Origin: Nemertoderma westbladi
Taxonomy: Eukaryota > Animalia > Xenacoelomorpha
Direction: 5' to 3'
Length of the DNA stretch: 64,000 nucleotides
Assembly: GCA_032718475.1 (NCBI GenBank)
Contig: JAUCBJ010005785.1
Span: forward strand, 12,912 to 76,911
Shown here: positions 10,754 to 22,089 of the stretch, piece after piece
Layout: each line of letters starts with the position of its first letter
How positions within the stretch are numbered: position 1 is the first letter of the stretch
The notes under the pieces: generated by a model
Databases searched by the model: none
Told to the model about the DNA's origin: nothing
The model's input: only the letters and a program-made list of their open reading frames with translations
Translations under genes and position numbers: made by a program

Positions 10754-12961
10754 ATGAATTCCAACAATTCCCCCATATTCTCGACTGACGCAGTTACCGA
10801 CTACACTCACCCGGAATTGGTGGATCTCAATACCACGGTAATCAATCAGCCGATCAGGAACTTGAAACGTCGCAATAAGAGACTAAGGGTTGATTTCGGG
10901 TTGTCCAGGAACGGCTACAGCAAACGGAGAGGTCTAGATAACCTCCTAGTGGAACAGCCCCCTCCTGAAAATGGTTGCTATGATTACCAAATCAACCAAT
11001 GGTCCCAGCAGTTAACGGAAAACTATGTTAGTTGTAGACCAGCCGATGACGTATTTAAGTCTGACATGGAGTTTGATCAAGATAAAGTGTATGACCTCAG
11101 TATGAAGCCCACCCACAAAACAGTTGAGGACCACAATGTTAAAATAATAAACGTTGATAGTGTCTGCAATTATGAAAGGTTTATTCCCATTGAGGGTCCT
11201 AGAACTTCTAACAACCACTCCAGTCTAATACATACTGACGTCACAACGGTATCACTCGACACTGATGTTAAACATGGGCATGGATTACAGAGTCATAGCG
11301 GATGTGACGTCATCGAAAGGTATGAGGATGAGAGTATTATCTGTGATGTAACTAAGCCTCTTTATGATAAGCTATGCGTGGATGATGTTGCAAATACCTT
11401 TAATATCGAGCTGACAAAAGATTCCTATAAGATGGCCAATGAAGAGGATTTGGGGAAGTCTTTCCCATTGGCTAACACCCACATCGCCACTACCAGCAAC
11501 ACCCCCAGCATCCCCCAATACCTGGATGAGAAAGAAAAGTATATCGCGGAAATACTGCGGATGAAAGAACAACTCCTCGCGTTGGAGGAAACATTCAGCA
11601 GGTTATACGGTGAGGATCCTCCGCATCTGGGTTGTCATGGTAACCGACCAATCCGTCTGGGTAACTATGGTACACAATCAACCCAAGTGGGTAGCCAGGG
11701 TAACCAAACAACACAATTGGGTAGACATGGTAACCAAACAAACCAAATGGGTAGCCATGGCAACGAACCACCCCAAATAGGTTGCTTTGATAACCATCCA
11801 ACCCAGATTGGTAGCCATGGTAACCAATCAACCAAAGTGGGTAGCCATGGCAGCCAACTCGCTCAGCTAGGTAGCCATGACAACAAAGCCTCGAAGCTTT
11901 GTAGCCAGGGCAACCAGCTCTCCCATGGTGTCGGAGAGGATCTAGTTGAGGTTCTTAGCTGCGCCTTAACCAAGGCAGTCGATGGGGCGTTTAAGAAATA
12001 CATTCCAATTATTTATAGTAATAATCACATGGGTGTTACGTTACCAGTTGTGTCACCTCCAGCCCAGCGCCATATTGCGCCAACATCACGCGACGAGGTT
12101 CAGATCATATTGAAACCTGTAGGGGGCGCTGTAGATACGTCAGCATTCAAATGCCGCCCTATTCCATTAATAGAATACCGCCACCAACCGGTGGAATGCA
12201 GTCCCCGGAAACCTCTCGAAGCCCCAGAGCCAATCCCTGTCACTGACCAACCCGCTCGTGTTGATAGCTGCCCGCCTCATAACAACAAGGTCATGGATAT
12301 GGTGTCCGCACCCATTCGGCGGTGCCTTCAGGGCGGTTCTGCGCGAGACAAGAAAGCTCAGCGTTTACTGGTTCAACGTCGGTGTCCCGATGGTGGTGGT
12401 AAAGACAATGTCAAGGTTACAGATAATACGTCAATCCAGACGGCATCCTTCTGGACGTCTAATCTCACCCCCGAACACCTAAAGAAAGCGAAACTCATGT
12501 TCTTTTACACCCGCTATCCAACATCCGCCATGCTGCGAATCAATTTTCCTGATGTCAGATTTACTCGTCACATTAATGCCCAACTCATCAAATGGTTCAG
12601 CAACTTCAGAGAGTACTTTTATATACAGATTGAGAAATTCGCTCGACAATCTGTAGTTGATGGAGCTGCCATTGCTACCGATATCGTGGTTAACGAGGAC
12701 TCTGCACTACATAGGGCCTTGAATCTCCATTACAACAAGGCCAATCTGTTACAAATTCCAAAGAGTTTCGTTACAGCTGTTACAACAACGACTCAGGAAT
12801 TTTTCTTTGCCGTTTTTCATAACAAAGATCGCGACCCATCCTGGAAGAAACGAATATACAAGATTATCACCAAATTGGACTGTAGCATTCCTTTATCATT
12901 CCGTTCCCCCAACTTTATGGAAGAGTTAGAGCGTACTTATCAGCATGAGTATACACAATGA
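10754..12961 (+). CDS. PROX: Prospero/Prox homeo-prospero transcription factor, single-exon CDS
   Basis: C-terminal homeo-prospero domain LTPEHLKKAKLMFFYTRYP...QLIKWFSNFREYFYIQIEKFARQ...DPSWKKRIYKIITKLD. N-terminal KRLRVDFG resembles the Prox1 NLS, and there is a coiled coil (MKEQLLALEETFSRLY). An in-frame TAA at 10733 precedes the ATG at 10754. Confidence 0.95.
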   Translation: MNSNNSPIFSTDAVTDYTHPELVDLNTTVINQPIRNLKRRNKRLRVDFGLSRNGYSKRRGLDNLLVEQPPPENGCYDYQINQWSQQLTENYVSCRPADDVFKSDMEFDQDKVYDLSMKPTHKTVEDHNVKIINVDSVCNYERFIPIEGPRTSNNHSSLIHTDVTTVSLDTDVKHGHGLQSHSGCDVIERYEDESIICDVTKPLYDKLCVDDVANTFNIELTKDSYKMANEEDLGKSFPLANTHIATTSNTPSIPQYLDEKEKYIAEILRMKEQLLALEETFSRLYGEDPPHLGCHGNRPIRLGNYGTQSTQVGSQGNQTTQLGRHGNQTNQMGSHGNEPPQIGCFDNHPTQIGSHGNQSTKVGSHGSQLAQLGSHDNKASKLCSQGNQLSHGVGEDLVEVLSCALTKAVDGAFKKYIPIIYSNNHMGVTLPVVSPPAQRHIAPTSRDEVQIILKPVGGAVDTSAFKCRPIPLIEYRHQPVECSPRKPLEAPEPIPVTDQPARVDSCPPHNNKVMDMVSAPIRRCLQGGSARDKKAQRLLVQRRCPDGGGKDNVKVTDNTSIQTASFWTSNLTPEHLKKAKLMFFYTRYPTSAMLRINFPDVRFTRHINAQLIKWFSNFREYFYIQIEKFARQSVVDGAAIATDIVVNEDSALHRALNLHYNKANLLQIPKSFVTAVTTTTQEFFFAVFHNKDRDPSWKKRIYKIITKLDCSIPLSFRSPNFMEELERTYQHEYTQ
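11629..11930 (+). repeat. 30-bp coding tandem repeat (10 x GSHGNQPTQV-like) inside Prospero
   Basis: GTAGCCATGGYAAC core recurs every 30 nt from 11631 to 11901. Confidence 0.9.
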
Positions 12962-13614
12962 AACAGTGGCAACGACATGTTTAAACATCAAAACTAGCAA
13001 GGCATCAATTTAAATAAATTCATTTTGCAGGAAAGTTTTAGGTTTGTTTACTTTTAATCAGTGCCAAATATTGTAAGGGTTAGCGAGTAAACTGAAAAAA
13101 AGTTATTTATTTTTATTTATATACTAAGAATAATTAATAGTAATCCAATTTTTGTGAAGGTAGATTTTTTTTGTTAGTGTTAGTGGTGAAAAAATATACA
13201 AACAACATTGTGTATATTATTTATTTTATATTATATTATATATTTTGTTTATTCCACATTATGTTGTAGTATGTACATAAATAATATACTTCCGTACTAA
13301 AGGGGTTCGTCCATGTTAGTTCAGGAAAATCTAGACTTATTTATCTTGGAATTAAATAAAATTCCCGTACAAATATATTAGTAAATAATATATTAATAAA
13401 TGTCGCTACTTTTATATTAATAAAATCGCTATTTTTTTTAAGTTTATTGTTTTGAGTTAGGAGATTTAATCGAATTATACAGTGTGGGAGAAAACAGTAG
13501 AATCGATAACCATTTAGCTTTCATCTTATCGCTCTACTAAATTTTGCTTATTTTTTATTGTTTTTTTGGTTTACTGTAAGTAGTACAACGCGTGGCGAGT
13601 ACGATAGATACTTT

Positions 13615-14660
13615 ATTGTGTATTTCATTACTTAATGGTGTTCTGTTGTGTATTTCATTACTTAATGGTGTTCCGTTGTATATTTCATTACTTAATGGTG
13701 TTCTATTGTGTATTTCATTACTTAATGGTGTTCCGTTGTGTATTTCATTACTTAATGGTGTTCCTTTGTGTATTTCATTACTTAATGGTGTTCTGTTGTG
13801 TATTTCATTACTTAATGGTGTTCTGTTGCATATTTCATTACTTAATGGTGTTCTGTTGCATATTTCATTACTTAATGGTGTTCTGTTGTGTATTTCATTA
13901 CAATGGTGTTCTGTTGTGTATTTCATTACTTAATGGTGTTCTGTTGTGTATTTCATTACTTAATGGTGTTCCGTTGTGTATTTCATTACTTAATGGTGTT
14001 CCGTTGTGTATTTCATTACTTAATGGTGTTCCGTTGTGTATTTCATTACTTAATGGTGTTCTATTGTGTATTTCATTACTTAATGGTGTTCCGTTGTGTA
14101 TTTCATTATTTAATGGTGTTCCGTTGTGTATTTCATTACTTAATGGTGTTCTGTTGTGTATTTCATTACTTAATGGTGTTCTGTTGTCTATTTCATTACT
14201 TAATGGTGTTCTGTTGTGTATTTCATTACTTAATGGTGTTCTGTTGTGTATTTCATTACTTGATGGTGTTCTGTTGTGTATTTCATTACTTAATGGTGTT
14301 CTGTTGTGTATTTCATTACTTAATGGTGTTCTGTTGTGTATTTCATTACTTAATGGTGTTCCGTTGTGTATTTCATTACTTAATGGTGTTCTGTTGTGTA
14401 TTTCATTACTTAATGGTGTTATGTTGTGTATTTCATTACTTGATGGTGTTCTGTTGTGTATTTCATTACTTAATGGTGTTCTGTTGTGTATTTCATTACT
14501 TAATGGTGTTCTGTTGCATATTTCATTACTTAATGGTGTTCTGTTGTGTATTTCATTACTTAATGGTGTTCTGTTGTGTTCATTACTTAATGGTGTTCTG
14601 TTGTGTATTTCATTACTTAATGGTGTTCTGTTGCATATTTCATTACTTAATGATGTTCTG
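13615..14660. repeat. 30-bp minisatellite, about 35 copies
   Basis: Unit TATTTCATTACTTAATGGTGTTCTGTTGTG. Confidence 0.98.
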
Positions 14661-15383
14661 TAAGTTAATTAAAAGTGAAAATTATTAATTATTATGTGAG
14701 TTCAAGACAAGACTAGGAGGTAGTTATGTTAAATTTATAAAATTTTTGTTCTTTCAATACTGTTCTTACTTAGGTACAATGTAATGATAATCTATTTAAT
14801 CTCCTTTTAAGTTTGTTGTTGATTATGCCTAATAAAGAAATTGCTATAACCCCATGTGCTCATCAATTTATATAATGGTTATAAAAGATATTGAATTTCT
14901 GCTTTGTATTTCCTACGAAACATAATAATGGTCTATATGGAACTAACATATCTAACAGAGTTATGTGTTATTCCATAGCACAGGTGGCACCTCCTTTGTG
15001 CTGTATTGTATGGAGGTGGAAGTTCGACGTATTTCCTGGATCAATTGAGCGAGATGACCTTCATGACTCTGGGATTACACACAAAGTCTGACGACGTATT
15101 TCACCCCCCCCCCCCCCCCCCCCCCTCCAGCCCACATGAAGTAGACCAGACTTTCACTATTGTGAACTATATGTTATATTTCACTTTGCAGTTTACCCCC
15201 ATGTAGAGAATACCAGGTTTCACTAAAAACTCAGGTTACAGCAAGGCTAAATATAACCAAAACAATAAATGAATTAGTATCTGTACAGGTTATAAGATAT
15301 AAATAAATGCTATAAAATATCCAGTTAGGAGAAATTAATAAAATACAAAATAAAATCCCAATAAAATTTCGACCACAAAGTGA

Positions 15384-15625
15384 ATACCTGGTGCAAAACC
15401 TTCGCCCAATAAGATCTGTATTAGTAACCATTTTAGTTACAAATAGAGGGAAAGGAGCAGGTTACACAGACGGCTTTTTTTAACCAAAACAATAAACGAT
15501 GGTGTTACAATTTAGGGAAAGGAGCAGGTTACAGCGACAGCTTTTTCTAATCAAAACAACAATTGCTTATTGGGCGAAGATTGCTCCGGGCGAAGCTTTC
15601 TCGCGGGCGAAGTTTGCTGGGTACC
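15384..15625. mobile_element. MITE-like element: inverted arms around the family-A core
   Basis: CTTCGCCCAATAAG (15400-15413) and CTTATTGGGCGAAG (15566-15579) flank two GGGAAAGGAGCAGGTTAC..TAACCAAAAC cores. Confidence 0.6.
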
Positions 15626-15654
15626 CTCTCCACCCTAATAATTGCATATAACAT

Positions 15655-17309
15655 TTATTCAAACCACCTTCGCCGCATCCCCGCTCCAAAGAGATAAACT
15701 ATATTATAACTGAATCAAAAGCCGTGAAGAAGTCAACAAAATCATTGATGGCATCAACCTGTTGGTTTATAAGCTCCTGTAGATTAGCAGAGTACTGCCT
15801 GTTCAGGGACCTAAATGCAGCCTTAACTGCATTCTTGGCCGCTGTAGACTGTTTGAGTCGGGACTCTTTCTGCGCCTAATAGAGGTCATTTCGGCACTTC
15901 CGAATTTGGTGGTCAGTCCAGGGGGCCTTTTTCTTGTTTCGAAGGGTATACAGGAATTGTTTCTGCAGCTGCCAACTTAACTGCTTCTGTGAAGGCAGTA
16001 TAGCCCTCGCAGTGATTTGCCGCTTCAGAGGCAATAACCCCATACCTGTTGCTCAGCTGTATTGTGAAGCTGGATCTCACACTTGGCTGTTGCAATAGAG
16101 AGGACCAGTCATGCCGCGGCAATGCCGCGAAGGCAGATTTCGTTGTTCTGCTAGCACGCAGACTAAGTCTTTCCTTGGCCACAATAAGGCGGTGATCACT
16201 GGAGAAGTGTCGAAGTGTAAATGCATTACAGTCTTATATAGAGCTCCTGTATTTCCTACGAAACAGAGTCCAATATGAGTCCATAGCTTTCCAGTTCGCT
16301 TCTTGAACTGGGTTCCAGCCGAAAACCACCAATTTCCAGAGATGAAATCAATTCGGTTAACACTATCGCTATAGACCGAGGGCGATGTAGGTGATTGATG
16401 CAGACTTGCATTAAAGTATCTCAGGAATGGTAAGAATACATGCTGATCCATTCCATCAGTTGCTACTTGTAGATTGTGATAGAAATTTTCCACCTCATCT
16501 ACTGGGGCAACACTAGTTGGAGAGTAGCACACAATCAGAACCACCTTAGGAAACTTCTTAGCCAGTCTTCCAGAACATGAGAAGTGGCAACGGATGATGC
16601 GGTTAGAGATTTGGTCTATTTTGTCCAATGCTGCATGTGCAGTTGGATTCATCAATAGACCAATTCAACCATTGCCACTATCATCTGCTGATGCGAGGGC
16701 GAGTCGCCAACCGCCCCCCATGTCCTTAATCAGAACCTCATCAGTCTGTCCAGTCTGCATTCGGTGCTCTTGAATACCCACTGCGCTAAGAGAAAGCTTA
16801 TCTGCCAAGGCATTCAGTCAGCTCACCTTGTCGCATTGGGGACCCGAGTGTTAGGGTGTTAATTTAGGCTAGTCTAGTGACGTGCCTCAGATTCACCAAT
16901 GGCTTTGTTGGTCGGGGTGGAACGTGAGAGTAGCCTCCAACTCCAGAATCCCTCTCCCTCTCACAATCTGGCCTCCCTGGTGACCCAGGGTCTGGGCCAG
17001 AAAGGTCATCAGGAAAGGGACTCACATAATTGTTGGCCGCTCTCTCTCCAGTAGGGGGTGAGACATGCTGCCGGTCAGGAGATAACTGACGCCTGTAAGG
17101 CCAATAGTGTCCGGTAATTCCACTGGCCTCTAGTGGCCGGACCTCCGCATTACTAATGTAATCCATAGTGGGGGTTGGGGGTGCTTTTTTGCCGGAGTCA
17201 GCTCTTGGGGCAAATACCACACCCTGGTTTGCTATTCCACAGGGTGGGTGTCGCAGTGGAGTCAGATATGAGGCCCATCACCCATACCTACTCTGACGCA
17301 CATGACCCA
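15655..17309 (-). mobile_element. RTE LINE 5' part: 5' UTR plus decayed APE endonuclease, 3'-truncated
   Basis: Minus-strand frames give AVGIQEHR, ISNRII, IVCYSPTS, YFNA, KLWTH and SDHRL-like APE motifs with frameshifts. Confidence 0.85.
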
Positions 17310-17319
17310 CCACTGGTTG

Positions 17320-18393
17320 GGCTACTACTAAGATCGGCATGCTGCATTGCAGCTGCATTTTTAAGAATGCTGTGCCGGCTTATCGACAAAATTGTACCGT
17401 CACAACTCCCTATCACCCAGGACATTTGTTAGATCATCCGCATCTTCAAGGCCAGTGTCCTTTAAGATGCGTCTCAAGAAAGTCATGGGCTGTCCACCAT
17501 TCTTATTCACTCCATGAGGCTGCCAAAGTACAAGATTATGCACTGGCTGGTCCTCACGGTGAAAGCAATGTCCTGCAAAGCGGAGGCGATTTTGTTCTAG
17601 TGTTAAGCTTGGGGGAACCAATGAGACACCCCCAATGTTATATAGTTTCTGGTTGGAGATGTGTGCATTGTACTTGACACAATGAACCCGGCGTAGCATT
17701 CTTGTGAATGTGCCATCCAGAGATTTGGTGTCCTCAGCAGTTAGAGCCCAGCATGGACTCCCATTGAGGAGTACTGGAACTACTGCTGCTCTAAATAATC
17801 GGACCTTAAGTTTCCGATTAATTCTCGTTGACTTCCAAATCCTGGAAAGCCTATTCAAGGCTACCCATGCCTTTCCCTTACGTATTCGAAGATCCTCACC
17901 TGACTTCCGGATCCATGATCTCAGGTAACAGAAGTCAACCACATGCTCAAGCATACCATCTTTTGAGCTTATGCTCATCCGATCAGAGACTTGCGGAGGA
18001 TTTTCAAAGTTAACTGTCAAAATTTTGGTCTTTCTGGAGTTAATAAAAAGACCAACACTAGAAGCAGCATGTTCTACTGAGCTGAGGAGCCGTTGGGCTC
18101 CCTCTAGTGATTCTGAGAGTACTAAGTCATCAGCAAAGTCAGTTAGGTACTTGGCAGGAATTCCTCGACTTCTGGAGCCAGTAGGTGGAGTTATCATCAC
18201 CCCATCATCACTATGATGATCTAAGGACATGCGTAGAACATAGTCAACTAAAATTATGAACAAGAATGGTGCAAGTGTGTCTCCCTGGAGGACGCCCCAT
18301 AACACTTCAAATGGTTCTGTGTCACCGTCAGCAGTAGACACAAATGTTGTCGAACCATCGTATACTGATCTGATTTGAGGAGTCTGATAGTTT
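17320..18393 (-). mobile_element. 5'-truncated RTE LINE (RT domains 4-7 to the 3' end) with (TAG)3 tail
   Basis: GVLQGDTLAPFLF, FADD, VGLFINSRKTK, FCYL, RLRFAGHCFHRE; the 3' end is GCCGATCTTAGTAGTAG. Confidence 0.92.
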
Positions 18394-18798
18394 GTGGAGT
18401 CAGATATGAGGCCCATCACCCATACCTACTCTGACGCACATGACCCAGCATTGGCTGTGCAGCTCATCTGCTGGGCCATACCCTGTACCCCTGCTGCCAG
18501 GTGCAGGTCGCAGTGAAGTGCATTCAGAGTGGACATGAGAACACTCTACTCCTGACCAGCCGCCATTGGTAGATCACCATTTGCCTGGCCAGGCAATATA
18601 CCCCTACAACCAAGTATATGGGTACCCTCTAGCCTTCTTCACAAAGACACACCATGTGGAATTGTACATTCAGCTTATTATAACTTTTTGTTGGTCACAG
18701 CTTTCCAATGTCGACAATGATGTCCAGGTGGGATCGTGCGTACTAGTGACCTCTGGGTTGGAAGTCTGACGCTCTAACCATTCAGCTAGCGACCCAGG
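18394..18798 (-). mobile_element. tRNA-derived head plus 5' leader of the RTE element (SINE-like)
   Basis: Minus strand GGGTCGC-TAGCTGAATGG (A box)-TTAGAGCGTCAGACTTCCAACCCAGAGGTC...CGATCCC (degenerate B box). The leader continues through the duplicated 54-mer into the endonuclease-bearing segment. Confidence 0.65.
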
Positions 18799-19379
18799 TA
18801 AAAGGCGGCCAAGTACACGGTAGGGTTGAGCAGTGGCAGCAGAGTCCTCTAGCGGCAGACTGGATAAATGCAGATGAATCACCTTCCTCAAAAAGACGGT
18901 CCAGCATTTGGTCTAGTACATATATTTCAAGGTTCAGCTTATCCAGATTAAGATCAAGGAAATGGGGAAGGTTACCACTTTCACACATAGCGGAACGGTC
19001 ATAAATAACGGAATGGATCAAGGATTTCACTATCATTCATTTCGCCCTCTAGCGCCAGACTAGAGAACTGCATACGGACGGCTGAATGATGAATGACTCA
19101 GCTGATGGTGTAGTACAATATACCAAGTATCAACTTGAAGGGATTAATAAAGCAAAGAAATTGGAGGACATTTAATGTTTAGACACGTAGCCCTCTATCG
19201 AGAGACTGTTGAACTCTAAAAATCTCAACCTTTGGTCGTATTGATGCCTATAAATTTTCAACTCGATAGCTTTAAATTCGTCAAAGTTATGTAAGGTAAG
19301 TCAGATCGGTAAGGCTCCGCCAACTTCGTGGCTCGCCCCACACCTCTCCTTTAAAACTGTAAAATAAGAATGACATTAA

Positions 19380-19625
19380 ACAACAGCTGGGGTTCTGCCT
19401 TCTGATTGGCAGATATTTAACACATTAATTGTAGTGTGTGATGTACTGACGTCCGTTCTCCAAAATGGCTTATGAGCAGTGTCACGTGCAGACGTGCTAA
19501 CTTAACTTCCTTATCATGATGGTGACTGTAAGGTGTGACGTAACCTAACCTGCTTGTTCTCACTGCCCACACTGACACAAACAGCTATAAATGTATGCTA
19601 TAGCTGTCAGGCTGTATAGTGCTCT
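19380..19625 (+). promoter_or_regulatory. Dense promoter-like motif cluster with no adjacent ORF
   Basis: CAGCTG, reverse CCAAT (CTGATTGG), TGACGTC, CAAAATGGC (YY1-like), GTCACGTG, TGACGTAA and CTATAAAT within about 210 bp. Confidence 0.45.
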
Positions 19626-19974
19626 TGCATCACATCGGTCTGTCGGTTGATCGGTATAACTGTTTGTGGTTTCGTGTTACCGGTACTGCTGTACTGGTAC
19701 TACTGTCATGAGTCTTTGAGTCAGGGCATCAGGGTGTAGGCCTATCTATCAGTTTTTGTAATGAGTAATGCTGTAATGCAGTACGGTACTGCAGTAGCCT
19801 GCCTATCTTTTCGGCTGTCCGCTATTACAGTATGCAGTAGGGTTAACTCTTCAAATTCCGGACAAATCAAATTCCGGACACCATGGTCAAATTACGGACA
19901 AATTTAAATTTCATTGGTACAAACTATGAACTATGGAATTAATATCTGACTTTGTACAATAGCCTATAGACTTT

Positions 19975-20590
19975 GATCACTGATGACTTAGAGGTACTGT
20001 CAGAATCACTAGAGGGAGCCCAAACAGCCAAAGGCTTCTCTGCCAATTGGAGCAGGTTGCTTCTAGTGTTGGTCTTTTTGTAAATTCCAAGAAGACCAAA
20101 ATAATCACAGTCAACCTAGACAGCCCTCAAGAAATGTCTGATCGTAAGGGCACAAGCTCTACGGACAAACGCAACGGGGCTTTCTTGAGCACGTGTATGA
20201 CTTCTGTTACTTGGGATCGTGGATCAGAAAGTCAGGTGAAGACCTTCGGGCTTCGGATACGTAAGGGGAAGGCATGGGCAGCGTTAAATAGTCTGTCCAT
20301 GATTTGGACAGACTATGGGACCATAGAATAAAACATAACCTTAAGGTTCGATTGTTTAGAGCAGCAATAGTGCCATTACTCTTATGGGAGTCCATGCTGG
20401 AGCTCTAACTGCTGAGGATACCATATACAATATATCTGGATGGTACTTTCACAAGAATGCTGCGCCGGGTTCATTGTTTCAAGTACAATGAACACATCTC
20501 TAATCAGACTCTATACAAAATTGGAGGTGTTCCATCAATCTCCCTTAGCTTGACTCTAGGGCGGAGCCGCCTCCGCTTTTGCAGGACTGC
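19975..20590 (+). mobile_element. RTE LINE RT fragment
   Basis: EQVASSVGLFVNSKKTK, RIRKGKAWAALN; same family as 17400-18393. Confidence 0.85.
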
Positions 20591-21488
20591 ATAGATAGAT
20601 TCAAGCATCACCAAATTTCAAAAGTTGCTAGCTGCGTGTTGATTGCCTATTGCATAAATTGTTTGCTTATTATTATTACCAATAAAGGCTCGCCAAGTCT
20701 ACTTGTCTATCTTTTGTGATATGTCTAAACAGTACTTTTTATAAGCCAGCTAGCCAGCAGAACCTGGAACGCTTTAGGCATAACTACAGAACTATATATA
20801 TAATATATATTCCAGTAGGTGTATCATATATATTATAGGCGGTACCTATTACGATGGCGCTGGGTTATAACCGCAAGATACAGGTTAAATTCTATAAATC
20901 GTCAAATAGACAATTTGGGAGAGGAGCCCCATCGATAATTGATCCAAACATTGAGAAATATATACGTCATGTCATAAGGAATGCGTCTGGTAATATTTCC
21001 AATCCATGTAATGTCTGCCAACAACCATAGCACTGTCAGACTGTAGTAACTCTAGAACAACTTTGTTTAATTTATAATAGTTTCAATTATCAGCAACTGC
21101 TAACTGTTCGCAAATCCCATCTTGGTCTGTTGGTGAATGAATATTTCGCTTCAATGTTAAATTCTCAATTTAGGGAAATGTCAAATGACACGAATGAGCA
21201 GATTATAGTGACACGTATTTCTAACCAAAACAATAAATGGAACACAATAGAACAGGTTATAGTTTTATTTATGGGAGTAATCGAACTGTTATTTGTGTCG
21301 AATTTCATGGAGAGGGATCATTATTATTGCGTTGAAAGTCCCCCCACCCCCTATCCCGCCCATGTGAAGAATACCAGGATTTAACTTTTCGGTCGACTTT
21401 TTATTGGAATTTTATATATGAAGATTTTTTATTTTTTTAAATATATCTTTATTAAGTGTTTTATACCGCTTATTTCTGTCTTATAGCC

Positions 21489-22089
21489 AACTACTACTAG
21501 TATCGGCATGCTGCATTGCAGCTGCATTTTTAAGAATGCTGTGCCGGCTTGTTGACAAAATTGCGCCGCCACAACTCCCTATCACCCATGACATTTGCTA
21601 GATCATCCGCATCTTCAAGACCGGTGTCCTTTAAGATGTGTTTCAAGAAAGTCATGGGCTGTCCACCATGCTGCCATGCTTATTCACTCCATGAGGCTGC
21701 CAAAGTCAGAAAGTACAAGATTATGAACTGGCTGGTCCTCACGGCGAAAGCAATGTCCTGCAAAGCGGAGGCGATTTTGTTCTAGTGTCAAGCTTGGGGG
21801 AACCAATGAGACACCTCCAATGCTATATAGTGTCTGGTTGGAGATGTGTGCATTGTACTTGACACAATGAACCCGGCGTAGCATTCTTGTGAATGTGCCA
21901 TCCAGAGATTTGGTGTCCTCAGCAGTTAGAGCTCAGGATGGACTCCCATAGACTGCATAGAGGAGTACTGGAACTACTGCTGCTCTAAATAATCGGACCT
22001 TAAGTTTCCGATTAATTCTCGGTGACTTTGGACTTCCAAATCCTGGAAAGCCTATTCAAGGCTGTCCATGCCTTTCCTGTAGCCTTTCT
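21489..22089 (-). mobile_element. RTE LINE 3' fragment inserted in a family-A MITE
   Basis: Near-identical to 17320-17875 and ends in TAGTAGTAG. TATAGCC is repeated at 21482 and 22090, and the uninterrupted site is visible at ~1790-1815. Confidence 0.88.

Noticed and set aside
13555-14688. Hydrophobic or Cys-rich repetitive ORFs
   Set aside because: Translations of the 30-bp minisatellite.
14979-15095. Upstream ZZEF1 exon candidates (also 30591-30628 and 20910-20988)
   Set aside because: No recognisable similarity to the expected ZZEF1 segment, and splice sites are weak or out of phase.
18722-18798. Functional tRNA gene
   Set aside because: The acceptor and T stems do not pair, the B box is degenerate, there is no oligo-T terminator, and it is attached to a retroelement leader.
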